The notes under the pieces are model-generated. The model was given only the letters and a program-made list of their open reading frames with translations, ran no database searches and was not told the DNA's origin. 64,000 bases of DNA. It comes from a bacterium (GTDB taxonomy: Bacteria > Patescibacteriota > Microgenomatia > Levybacterales > UBA12049). Where the stretch lies: NCBI GenBank assembly GCA_021777565.1, contig JAJYDJ010000001.1, forward strand, positions 160,142 to 224,141. Direction: 5' to 3'. A program made the position numbers and the translations under genes. Positions within the stretch are counted from its first letter, which is position 1; every line of letters begins with the position of its first letter. Positions 29,317 through 38,369 of the stretch are shown here, in pieces.

Positions 29317-30237
29317 ATGCAGATTGCTTTTTTAGGTCTTGGAAAAATGGGAAGTCGCATGGCCTCCAAACTGGTTGCGGATGGCCACGAACTTATCGTG
29401 TGGAATCGTACGAAGGAAACCGCAGAAGAATTTGTCGCGCATTATCCAAAAGGTTCCACTCTTGCCACAACAGTAGAAGAGGCACTCTCGGCACTTACTG
29501 GCTCGCCTAAAATAGTCTGGCTCATGCTCCCAGCAGGCGACGCTACTGAAGCAATGATCACCGAAGTCATGCCACTGCTTGCAAAAGGCGATGTGTTGAT
29601 TGATGGTGGCAATGCACGTTTCTCAGATACAGAGAGGCGCTCTCAAATGCTTTCTGAAAAAGGTATTCTTTTCCTGGGTATTGGGGTGAGTGGTGGTATT
29701 ATCGCAGCTACCGAAGGATATCCGATGATGGCTGGAGGAGACAAGGCAGCCTACGACATAATTGTGCCACTTCTTGATACCTTGGCCAAGCCTCATGGTG
29801 GGCATGACTATTTTGGCACCGGGGGAGCAGGACATTTTGTAAAAATGGTGCATAACGGCATAGAGTATGGCATGATGCAGGCATTTGCCGAAGGGTTTGC
29901 GGTTTTGGAAAAGTCTGACTATCACTTTGACCTGCATAAAATTTCCCGCCTGTGGCAGAAAGGGACCATCGTCTCAAGCTTTCTTCTTGATCGAGCTGAG
30001 GAAATGCTTGCCAATGATACGAGTCTTGCCTCATTTACTGGTGTGGTGACCGAAAGTGGTGAAGGGAAATGGACGGTTGAAGAGGCCAAAAAAGAAGGTG
30101 TTCAGACACCGATTATTGAAGGATCACTACAATATAGATGGGAGACAAAAGAAGATACTGCCAAGCAACAATCCTACGTTTCACGTATGCTTAATGCCCT
30201 CAGAAATGCCTTTGGCGGCCATGAAGTGAAGAAATAG
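29317..30237 (+). CDS. gnd: 6-phosphogluconate dehydrogenase (short, YqeC-like)
   Basis: GLGKMG, IDGGN, GAGHFVKMVHNGIEYG, ALRNAFGGH. Confidence 0.95.
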   Translation: MQIAFLGLGKMGSRMASKLVADGHELIVWNRTKETAEEFVAHYPKGSTLATTVEEALSALTGSPKIVWLMLPAGDATEAMITEVMPLLAKGDVLIDGGNARFSDTERRSQMLSEKGILFLGIGVSGGIIAATEGYPMMAGGDKAAYDIIVPLLDTLAKPHGGHDYFGTGGAGHFVKMVHNGIEYGMMQAFAEGFAVLEKSDYHFDLHKISRLWQKGTIVSSFLLDRAEEMLANDTSLASFTGVVTESGEGKWTVEEAKKEGVQTPIIEGSLQYRWETKEDTAKQQSYVSRMLNALRNAFGGHEVKK

Positions 30238-30240
30238 TGG

Positions 30241-30531
30241 TTAGGATACTTTTCTGCGGATCTCAGGGAGACTTATTCGGGGTAAGTCAGTCTCAGCCTC
30301 TTGTGGTGGGAATTCAGTGATAATGGCCGTGACAGTCTCTACGCCTCTAAGAAGTGCTGCTTCCCATGCCTCACGTCTTCGTGTGTCATTCAGGGAAGTG
30401 ATAGGGGTTTGGCTTGCTCTATCCATAGCAGACTTAAGTGGTGCGACAGGTGAGGGATGGACTACTTCACAATATTGTGTGAATTCACCGAGCGGGCGTG
30501 TTGTTCTCTCGACATCAGAAACGAGTGCCAT
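30241..30531 (-). CDS. Hypothetical protein
   Basis: TATACT+7 nt before MALVSDVER. Confidence 0.5.
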   Translation of the reverse strand: MALVSDVERTTRPLGEFTQYCEVVHPSPVAPLKSAMDRASQTPITSLNDTRRREAWEAALLRGVETVTAIITEFPPQEAETDLPRISLPEIRRKVS

Positions 30532-30585
30532 GAGGGGAAGTATAGTGGAAAATAGCCTCAAAAGCTGTGAGCAAGGTCACGAGAA

Positions 30586-30858
30586 TTATTTAACATCTCG
30601 ACGAGCTGGCATTTTTATTGTTGCCGTAGAAGATACTCTTTCTTGATATGCAGCATCTAATGCATCTTGACTACGAGCGAAACGCTCTTCTCTCTGAGCA
30701 CGTTCTGCACGCAGTGCAGCCAAGTTTGCAGCGGTTGCAATGGCTGTTTCTGCAAGAGAGTCAGAAACAATACCTCGAGCTTGCTGCTCTTTGATGCCCT
30801 GTTCTACCAGGGGGAATGTTGCCCCGGTGATAGCTTCGATGGTTCCGTTCATTGCCAT
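30586..30858 (-). CDS. Hypothetical coiled-coil protein
   Basis: TAGTCT+7 nt before MAMNGT. Confidence 0.5.
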   Translation of the reverse strand: MAMNGTIEAITGATFPLVEQGIKEQQARGIVSDSLAETAIATAANLAALRAERAQREERFARSQDALDAAYQERVSSTATIKMPARRDVK

Positions 30859-30959
30859 AATAGTAAGACTATACAACGAAACAATAATATTGTCAAGTTA
30901 TAGACAACAATCTGGCTATTCTAGCCATGGACAAACGGAGGTGTTTCTGTCATACTTTT

Positions 30960-31135
30960 ATCAAAGCTTTGGAAGGATCCCAACCTTTCTCCGTCAACCG
31001 ATGGAAAGCTGGCTGCGATGAGCAGTCCCGGAGGCAAAACCGTAAAAGATGAGTGCACCAACCAAGGTGGTACCACGCGAGTAAGCGTCCTTGTAAATGC
31101 CTGAAAACATGCAGGTGTTTATAAGGGCGTTTTTT
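30960..31135 (+). promoter_or_regulatory. T-box riboswitch leader of proS (antiterminator plus terminator)
   Basis: CAAGG-TGGTACC-ACGC-GAGTAA-GCGT-CCTTG antiterminator (31063-31093); competing terminator 31085-31130 followed by a T run; promoter TGGACA-17-CATACT upstream. Confidence 0.88.
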
Positions 31136-31149
31136 GTTAGACTAAACAT

Positions 31150-32622
31150 ATGGCATATCAAAATACATTACCGAAAAAGTCAGAAGATTTATCAGCCTGG
31201 TACAACCAGATTGTGCTGTCTGCTGAACTTGCTGACTATGGTCCTGCGAAAGGCACCATGATTTTCCGTCCGTATGGCTATCGTATCTGGGAGCTTGTGC
31301 AGGAAGCTATGGACAAGCGTATCAAAGATCATGGCGTGGATAATGCGTACTTCCCACTTTTTATTCCTGAAAGTTTTCTCAAGCGTGAGAAAGAGCATGT
31401 AGAAGGATTTGCTCCTGAGCTGGCCGTTGTCACGGTCGGTGGGGGAGAAGAATTGGAAGAAAAGTTAGTAGTCAGACCTACCAGTGAGACTATCATGTAT
31501 GATGCCTACAGTCGTTGGATACAATCCTGGCGAGATCTACCAATCCTTATTAATCAGTGGAATAACGTGGTTCGTTGGGAGAAGCGAACATATCTCTTCC
31601 TTCGTACGACAGAATTTTTGTGGCAGGAAGGGCATACGGCACATGCGACCCATGAAGATGCGGTGGATACCCAGAAGTGGGCCATGCAGATGTATGCGGA
31701 TATCTATAAAGAATACTTTGCACTTCCAGGAATCGTTGGGTACAAATCACAATCTGAAAAGTTTGCAGGAGCCGACGCCACGTTAACCTATGAATCACTC
31801 ATGCCAGAAGGAAAAGCACTGCAGGCATGTACGTCCCATGATCTTGGACAAAATTTCGCCAAAGCATTTAACATCTCATTCCAGGATAAAGAGGGGAAAT
31901 CTGAATATGCCTGGCAGACGAGTTGGGGCTTTTCAACACGTTCACTTGGTGGTCTTTTCATGGCACACGGTGATGATAAAGGACTAGTCTTGCCACCGAA
32001 ACTGGCACCGATTAAAGTAGTGATTCTTCCTGTCTTAGGAAAGGATGATAAAAAAGTATTAGATTTTTGCGAGGAAATAAAAAAGTCCATTAAGGCTGTC
32101 GACTCCCAGTTCTTAGGCAAAGTTGAGGTTTTGGATCAAGATTGGAAGAGTATCGGATGGAAAGCAAGTGACGCAGAGATGAGAGGTATACCTATAATAA
32201 TTCCTGTTGGGCTCAAGGAGGCAGAAGGTGGAGACATTAAGATACAAACAAGAATTGAAGGATATTTTAAAGACGAGAATACATATGGGAATCTAGTCCC
32301 TGTTACCTCTGAAAACATTGGGGCAGAAGTCGAACGTGTCTTGTCTTTGATCCAAGGTAGATTATTAGAGAATGCCCAGAAGTTCTTAAAGGAAAATACA
32401 CATATAGTAAACTCATATGACGAGTTGAAGAAATATATGGAAACGACCAAAGGATTCTTAAAAGCATTCTGGTGTGAAGACGCGACCTGTGAATCAAAGA
32501 TCAAAGAAGAAACCAAGGCAACCACTCGCTGTCTGCCTCTTGATGCTCCCGAGGAATCCGGGAAGTGCGTCTACTGCGGGAAAGATGCCACGCATCGCTG
32601 GATCTTTGCACAAGCCTACTAA
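31150..32622 (+). CDS. proS: Proline--tRNA ligase (archaeal/eukaryote-like type)
   Basis: EGFAPE, RPTSET, FLRTTEFLWQEGHT, C-terminal Zn domain ending AQAY. Confidence 0.97.
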   Translation: MAYQNTLPKKSEDLSAWYNQIVLSAELADYGPAKGTMIFRPYGYRIWELVQEAMDKRIKDHGVDNAYFPLFIPESFLKREKEHVEGFAPELAVVTVGGGEELEEKLVVRPTSETIMYDAYSRWIQSWRDLPILINQWNNVVRWEKRTYLFLRTTEFLWQEGHTAHATHEDAVDTQKWAMQMYADIYKEYFALPGIVGYKSQSEKFAGADATLTYESLMPEGKALQACTSHDLGQNFAKAFNISFQDKEGKSEYAWQTSWGFSTRSLGGLFMAHGDDKGLVLPPKLAPIKVVILPVLGKDDKKVLDFCEEIKKSIKAVDSQFLGKVEVLDQDWKSIGWKASDAEMRGIPIIIPVGLKEAEGGDIKIQTRIEGYFKDENTYGNLVPVTSENIGAEVERVLSLIQGRLLENAQKFLKENTHIVNSYDELKKYMETTKGFLKAFWCEDATCESKIKEETKATTRCLPLDAPEESGKCVYCGKDATHRWIFAQAY

Positions 32623-32625
32623 TCT

Positions 32626-32958
32626 ATGAAGACGCAGGATGCATTCGCCGCACTTGATATCCGGGTTGGTAAAATTATTGCCGTGTCTCTTCTGCCAAAT
32701 CCGCGCTACACCACCCATAAACTTACTATAGATTTAGGGCCAGAAATTGGTCAAAAAACATCTGGTGCACGGGTTCTTAACTATACGCAGGAAGAGCTGA
32801 TGGGAAAATTAGTACTTTGTGTGATCAATCTCCCCCCCAAACAAATTGGTGGTACTATGTCGGAAGTTCTGACGCTTGGTGTGCCTGATGCAGGGCATGA
32901 ATGTGTATTGATCTCTCCAGATAATGAAAAAGCAGTTATTGGTGGCAAACTCTACTAA
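32626..32958 (+). CDS. tRNA-binding protein (CsaA/Trbp111 family)
   Basis: LDIRVGKI, VINLPPKQIG..SEVLTLG. Confidence 0.9.
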   Translation: MKTQDAFAALDIRVGKIIAVSLLPNPRYTTHKLTIDLGPEIGQKTSGARVLNYTQEELMGKLVLCVINLPPKQIGGTMSEVLTLGVPDAGHECVLISPDNEKAVIGGKLY

Positions 32959-33890
32959 CTCAATCCCGGGATTGGGAATGGAAGCTTCAAGTTAAATATT
33001 TTAATCCACAAGACCATATATCCCAGAAGAAAAATAACAGCTCCAACAACATAAATAGCAACTGAGGTAGGACTTTTGGCTTTGGGTGCTATATAGCCAT
33101 GCACAGCATCCCCATGTTTGGCTCCACTGGCTGCTGGCGTTTCTGGAAGTGGTGGCAGTGGAGTCGTGGCAACTGGCGCTTCAGGAGTTGGTGGTGTTGG
33201 AATTGGTCCCAGGGACTCAGTGGGAGCAGGTGTCTCTGGAAGGGTTGGCACTTCTGGCTGTTCTTCTGGTGCGCTTGGCATTGGTGCTACTGGTGATGCT
33301 ACCAGATCTTCTGGTGGCATCTTGTGCTGCTCTGTTGTATCTGCTGGTGTAGTCTGAGTACTTGGGGTAGGCGTAGGTGTCGTTGATACACCTGGAATGT
33401 CCAGTGGTGGCATCACTGGTGGCTCAGGTGGTGTCCCTGGCGTAGGGGCTGCGGGAGACGTTGGGATGGATTCTGTTGGCTGCTCTGGAGTTGATGGCAT
33501 CACTGTCTCCGGAATCTCTGTTGACGTTGTTTCGGAGGGTGTTGCTACTTCCTCAGCCACCAGTTTTGGTGCTTCTACTGGCTGCTCTGGAGTAGTGGGC
33601 ATACTAGGTGTTACTTCAGGTGCTGCAGGTGTGCTTGGTGTTACGTCAGTTGGAATGGTTATCTCTGGTGCCGGTGGAGGAGGGGTTGGATTGGCAGATT
33701 GAGTAAATGGTCGATCTGATACAGATGGTGCCAATTCATCACTGGATGGCATGATCTCAGGTGCACGTTGTGTCTGTGGGGTAGCAGTTGGTGTGGCTTG
33801 ATCGCTTGGTGTCGTAGGGGTTACTGAGGGGGTACCACCCAGAACTGTGTTATAAATTTCCTGTAATTTTGGGTCAATCGTATCAGCCAT
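32955..33890 (-). CDS. Pro/Thr/Glu-rich protein with C-terminal membrane anchor
   Basis: MADTIDPKLQEIYNTVLG, long low-complexity region, single C-terminal TM. Confidence 0.75.
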   Translation of the reverse strand: MADTIDPKLQEIYNTVLGGTPSVTPTTPSDQATPTATPQTQRAPEIMPSSDELAPSVSDRPFTQSANPTPPPPAPEITIPTDVTPSTPAAPEVTPSMPTTPEQPVEAPKLVAEEVATPSETTSTEIPETVMPSTPEQPTESIPTSPAAPTPGTPPEPPVMPPLDIPGVSTTPTPTPSTQTTPADTTEQHKMPPEDLVASPVAPMPSAPEEQPEVPTLPETPAPTESLGPIPTPPTPEAPVATTPLPPLPETPAASGAKHGDAVHGYIAPKAKSPTSVAIYVVGAVIFLLGYMVLWIKIFNLKLPFPIPGLS

Positions 33891-33948
33891 GTATTCATCG
33901 TAACAACCTAGAGAAGAGAATGTCAAATCCTTTTGCTACAATAAGAGT

Positions 33949-34890
33949 ATGAAAGTCATTGTTACGCACTATGCTCCTGATTGGGATGCTATTTGTTCAG
34001 TTTGGCTCATCAAGACGTACTTGCCAGGGTGGGATGAGGCAGTGGTTGAATTTGTTCCTCATGGCAGCAGGCTTACGCTGGATGGCAAACAGCTCGTTGT
34101 TGAAATTGATCGCAGTAAGGCAGTCCCTGAAGTGATTGAGCACACAGCTGATCATGATTTGATACATGTTGATACGGGACTCGGGCCACTGGATCATCAC
34201 GAGACAGAAGACCAGACTATTTGTGCATCCACAAGATGTTTAGAATATGTGAAAAAACACAATGACATGTTTGATAGTCACGAGGATAAATGGCAGGTAC
34301 ATGAGGAGGCCCTAGAGCGAATCACTGTATACATGACGGCACTAGATCATTTTCAAGAAGTATTCTGGCCAGAAGCAGCTACCGATCGCTATGATTTTTC
34401 GATCTGGGCAGTGCTGGAGGGGTATAAGGCCATTGTGAAGGGTGATAATGACAAGATCATGCAGTTTGGGCTAACAATCATGGATATACTCTTTCACCGT
34501 ATGGAAGGAAAAATATGGTCAGAGAGAGAACTGCGACAAAAAGGCAAAGAATTTCAGACACAGTTTGGCAAAGGAATAGCCATCGAGACACTGGATGATG
34601 ATGTCGTACGGCTTGCTGAGAAGCTAGGGTATGCGGTTGTTATCAGAAAAGATCCACGCAAAGGTTATGTCAGGATCAAGGCACTACCACAACGCGTGGA
34701 TGGTCAGCCTGATACCATTGACCTCACTCGTTTGTACGAGAGGCTGATAAAAATAGATAGTAGAGCCTCGTGGTATCTGCATGTGTCCAAAAGGATGATC
34801 TTAAATACAGCCAATAAAGAAGTCAGGGCCGTGCCAACGACCTTATCACTTGCGCAAGTTGTGGCACTTTTATTAGAATTGTATCGATGA
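33949..34890 (+). CDS. DHH/MYG1-like putative phosphoesterase
   Basis: VTHYAPDWDA and DTG..LDHH motifs. Confidence 0.6.
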   Translation: MKVIVTHYAPDWDAICSVWLIKTYLPGWDEAVVEFVPHGSRLTLDGKQLVVEIDRSKAVPEVIEHTADHDLIHVDTGLGPLDHHETEDQTICASTRCLEYVKKHNDMFDSHEDKWQVHEEALERITVYMTALDHFQEVFWPEAATDRYDFSIWAVLEGYKAIVKGDNDKIMQFGLTIMDILFHRMEGKIWSERELRQKGKEFQTQFGKGIAIETLDDDVVRLAEKLGYAVVIRKDPRKGYVRIKALPQRVDGQPDTIDLTRLYERLIKIDSRASWYLHVSKRMILNTANKEVRAVPTTLSLAQVVALLLELYR

Positions 34891-35201
34891 ACGACTGTAT
34901 CTTTTGTAAAATAGCCAACCGTGAGATCACGCCTGAGATCCTCTATGAAGATGATATGGTTATGGCGTTTCGAGATATTCACCCTAAAAAACCAGTACAT
35001 ATCCTCATAATTCCTAAAAAACATATAGAAAATATCATGGCGCTTGATGATGATCAGGTGCTAAATGGTGTGCGAGAAGCGGTAAAACACCTGGTCCATT
35101 TGCATGAACTCGAGGGAAAAGGTTTCAAAATTGAGATCAATGGAGGGGGACTGCAAGACGTAGAGCACTTGCATGTGCACCTCATGGGACCATACAAGTA
35201 G
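34887..35201 (+). CDS. HIT family nucleotide hydrolase
   Basis: DCIFCKI, HLHVH. Confidence 0.95.
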   Translation: MNDCIFCKIANREITPEILYEDDMVMAFRDIHPKKPVHILIIPKKHIENIMALDDDQVLNGVREAVKHLVHLHELEGKGFKIEINGGGLQDVEHLHVHLMGPYK

Positions 35202-35288
35202 TTCTTACTTTTTTTGGCAAAATCTCCCCGAAGGTGTTATAATACTTCTACACAAATTTCCTAAAAAGGAGAGGGGGTGTTATTTTTT

Positions 35289-35480
35289 ATGGTTAGTGTT
35301 AAAAAACAGCCAGGTACAAGTGATGATCACTTGATCAAACAATTTACGCGAAAAGTCATGCTTGAAGGGATTGTCCTGGAGGCTAAACGCCGTCAGTTCC
35401 ATCTCAAACCATCAGCAGCTCGCAAACAGCGCAAAAAAGACAAACAACTGGAGAGAGCCCTCATTGCCAAAGCAATGTAA
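35289..35480 (+). CDS. rpsU: 30S ribosomal protein bS21
   Basis: LIKQFTRKV..GIVLEAKRRQFHLKPS; purine-rich SD-like leader. Confidence 0.85.
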   Translation: MVSVKKQPGTSDDHLIKQFTRKVMLEGIVLEAKRRQFHLKPSAARKQRKKDKQLERALIAKAM

Positions 35481-35530
35481 TTGCCCTTCTTGCCTCGCAT
35501 TTATCTTGTCAGCGTAGTATAATCGAGACG

Positions 35531-35920
35531 ATGAAAGATCTTCGAGTGCTGTTATATGTTGAAAGCCGCTTCAAAGTAAACCGTAAGCGTGTACGTGCTG
35601 TGGTTAGTCGTGTCATAGGGGATCAGCATATAGAAGGACCAGTCGAAGTTTCTATTTCTTTTGTCGGAAATAGAAAAATGAAAGAGATTTCTGATAGACA
35701 CCTCAATGATGGCAAAATCCATAATATTCTTTCATTCCCATTTGCTGAAGGGGAAGCCTCTGTTATGCCATCGGATGCGCTGCATCTAGGAGACATTATT
35801 ATTTCCTATCCAATTCTGATACAGGAAGCATCTGAAGAGGAAGAACTCGTTGATGATCGGGTCGATATGCTTGTGGAGCACGGGCTTTTACATCTTCTTG
35901 GTATTCATCACCCAGTATAA
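35531..35920 (+). CDS. ybeY: rRNA maturation endoribonuclease YbeY
   Basis: LGDIIIS, HGLLHLLGIHH. Confidence 0.93.
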   Translation: MKDLRVLLYVESRFKVNRKRVRAVVSRVIGDQHIEGPVEVSISFVGNRKMKEISDRHLNDGKIHNILSFPFAEGEASVMPSDALHLGDIIISYPILIQEASEEEELVDDRVDMLVEHGLLHLLGIHHPV

Positions 35921-35986
35921 ACTCTCGCGTGATATATTTAGGTAACTGTTATCAAAAGGGAAGTATATTCTATACTGAATACTACC

Positions 35987-37468
35987 ATGGTGTATTATCG
36001 TAAGTATCGTCCTCAAACAATTGCTGATCTAGATAATGCAGCCCTTCGAGACCGCCTGACATCACTTCTTGCCAACCCTGAACATGTACCTCATGCATTT
36101 CTTTTCACAGGCCCTAAAGGGACAGGGAAGACGTCTACTGCTCGTATCATCGCAAAGATCGTTAATTGTGAAGAAAATCTCTATGCCGGCAAAGGCAAAA
36201 ATATAGAGCCGTGTAACACCTGTTCTGAATGTGTCTCTATCACCAATGGGAGCAGTATGGATGTACTTGAGATTGACGGGGCCAGTAATCGTGGTATCGA
36301 TGAGATACGAGACCTGAGGGAAAAAGTTCGTCTGTCGCCCGTGAGTGCTCGTAAAAAAGTGTACATTATTGATGAAGTGCACATGCTCACGACTGAAGCA
36401 TTTAATGCACTGTTGAAAACAATTGAAGAACCACCAGCCCATGTCCTTTTTATCTTCTGCACGACAGAGCCACACAAGGTCCCGGATACCATCATCTCTC
36501 GTTGTGTCCATGTAGCGATCACTAAGGGGAGTAAAGAGGAAGTTGTGGGGTCACTACAAAAAGTTGTGGAGGCAGAGAAATTATCTATCGATCAGGAAGT
36601 GCTAGAAGAAATCGCTCGTATCACTGATGGGGGGTTTCGTGATGCTAAAAAAATATTGGAAGAGCTGGCGAGTGCTGCTGAGGGCAAAACCATCACCCTG
36701 GATCTGTTACACACCTTGCATCACAGCGGGACAGGCCTCGTATTTGCTCAAGAGTTCATGAATACAATTTGTGTTCAAGATGGCGAGAAAGCTATCTCAC
36801 TCATTGAGAATGCTGCCGCAGAAAATATGGATATGGGATATATTTTGGATACGCTTCTAGATCTGCTGCATACGCAGTTATTACTTCATTATGGGATAGG
36901 AGAAGGTGAGATGATGGAGATGTCTGAAGAGTTTATTGCATATGCGGTTGATGTTTTCTCACGCGCCAAGGGACAGATGAAGTACGCCAGTGTGAGTCAA
37001 CTGCCCTTAGAGCTTGCTATCATAGAACTCATCCCGGGAGACGAAAAAGAAAGTGAAGAAGAGAAGGAGCCTGCGTCTTCGGTGAAAGTACAAAGTGGTA
37101 AACCAAATCTTACGATGATGATGAAAAAGCAGCAGCACATCACCTTTCAACAACGCATCAATCCACCAAAGCCGCCGGTACCAGTGAAAAAAGTGAGTAG
37201 TGAAAAATCTCCACAGATCAGTGTAAATCACGATATCACTTTCATGGATAATTTGATCCAAAAAGTAAAAGCAGTCAACAATTCTCTTTCTGGTGTACTT
37301 CGTGGGATTACCTTAAGTGATAAAACAGATGATAGTCTTACTTTTACGACCCGTTTTTCCTTTCACAAAGAGAGGCTTGAAGAGAGCGCAAATTATGCGA
37401 TAATGGAGAAAGCAATTCGGGAGATCATGGGCAAACAGATGAAATTTAATATTCAATTAGTGAAGTAA
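35987..37468 (+). CDS. dnaX: DNA polymerase III gamma/tau
   Basis: YRKYRPQ, GPKGTGKT, EIDGASNRGIDEIR, AFNALLKTIEEPP. Confidence 0.97.
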   Translation: MVYYRKYRPQTIADLDNAALRDRLTSLLANPEHVPHAFLFTGPKGTGKTSTARIIAKIVNCEENLYAGKGKNIEPCNTCSECVSITNGSSMDVLEIDGASNRGIDEIRDLREKVRLSPVSARKKVYIIDEVHMLTTEAFNALLKTIEEPPAHVLFIFCTTEPHKVPDTIISRCVHVAITKGSKEEVVGSLQKVVEAEKLSIDQEVLEEIARITDGGFRDAKKILEELASAAEGKTITLDLLHTLHHSGTGLVFAQEFMNTICVQDGEKAISLIENAAAENMDMGYILDTLLDLLHTQLLLHYGIGEGEMMEMSEEFIAYAVDVFSRAKGQMKYASVSQLPLELAIIELIPGDEKESEEEKEPASSVKVQSGKPNLTMMMKKQQHITFQQRINPPKPPVPVKKVSSEKSPQISVNHDITFMDNLIQKVKAVNNSLSGVLRGITLSDKTDDSLTFTTRFSFHKERLEESANYAIMEKAIREIMGKQMKFNIQLVK

Positions 37469-37481
37469 GGAGGTGATATCT

Positions 37482-37766
37482 ATGATGAATCCATTTAAAG
37501 GCATTTCAGATTTAAATGAGATGCGTAAACAAGCACAACAAATTCAACAAGCACTGCAGCAAGAACTTATTGAGGTAACTCACAAAGGAGTTCGTGTTGT
37601 CATCGATGGCGCTCAGAAAGTTCGCGAACTCAATCTTAATGGGATGAGTGACAGTGAAGCACTTGAAGCAATCAACCGTGCCATTGAAGAATCACAAAAA
37701 GTTGCAGCCAAGAAACTCGCACAGATGGGCGGAGGCTTAGGTGGTCTATTGGGAGGAAATAGTTAA
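37482..37766 (+). CDS. ybaB: YbaB/EbfC nucleoid-associated protein
   Basis: Between dnaX and recR; KQAQQIQQAL...AINRA; AGGAGGT SD. Confidence 0.9.
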   Translation: MMNPFKGISDLNEMRKQAQQIQQALQQELIEVTHKGVRVVIDGAQKVRELNLNGMSDSEALEAINRAIEESQKVAAKKLAQMGGGLGGLLGGNS

Positions 37767-38368
37767 TGACGATCCCGAAAGCGATCTCTGATCTGATCAA
37801 CTCCTTTGAAAGACTGCCTGGAGTTGGCCCCAAGAGTGCACAACGTTTGGCATTTTATCTTCTCCATGTTCCGCAAGGACAGCTGGATGATTTTGCCGTG
37901 GCGCTGCAAAACCTCAAAAAACACACCGTGATGTGTTCACGTTGCTTTAATATCTCTGAAGTAGATCCGTGCTGGATCTGTGCAGACAAGACGCGTGATC
38001 AAAGTATGATTTGTGTGGTGGAACAACCACTGGATCTTCTGGCACTTGAAAAAAGTGGGACGTACAAAGGACTGTATCATGTGCTCCATGGGAGGATTGA
38101 CCCATTAAGTAATATTGGCCCTGATGAAATTTACATCGCGCCACTTCTGGAAAGAATTGAAAGCGAGCCAGTCAAAGAAGTAATCCTTGCGACCAATCCA
38201 ACGATGGAAGGTGAAGCCACGGCGATGTATGTGACCAAGCAAATCAAACAAAAAAAGGCAGATGTCATCGTGACTCGTATTGGTCGAGGTCTACCAATCG
38301 GAGCAGATATCGAATATGCTGATGACATCACCCTCACTCGTGCCATGGAGGGCAGAAGGGAAGTATAG
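37766..38368 (+). CDS. recR: Recombination mediator RecR
   Basis: LPGVGPKSAQRLA, C4 zinc finger, EVILATNPTMEGEATA. Confidence 0.97.
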   Translation: MTIPKAISDLINSFERLPGVGPKSAQRLAFYLLHVPQGQLDDFAVALQNLKKHTVMCSRCFNISEVDPCWICADKTRDQSMICVVEQPLDLLALEKSGTYKGLYHVLHGRIDPLSNIGPDEIYIAPLLERIESEPVKEVILATNPTMEGEATAMYVTKQIKQKKADVIVTRIGRGLPIGADIEYADDITLTRAMEGRREV

Positions 38369-38369
38369 T

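Noticed and set aside
32955-33890. Repetitive DNA suggesting a repeat array or CRISPR
   Set aside because: Low-complexity Pro/Thr coding sequence without fixed-length repeat-spacer periodicity; no CRISPR array or cas gene seen in the window.
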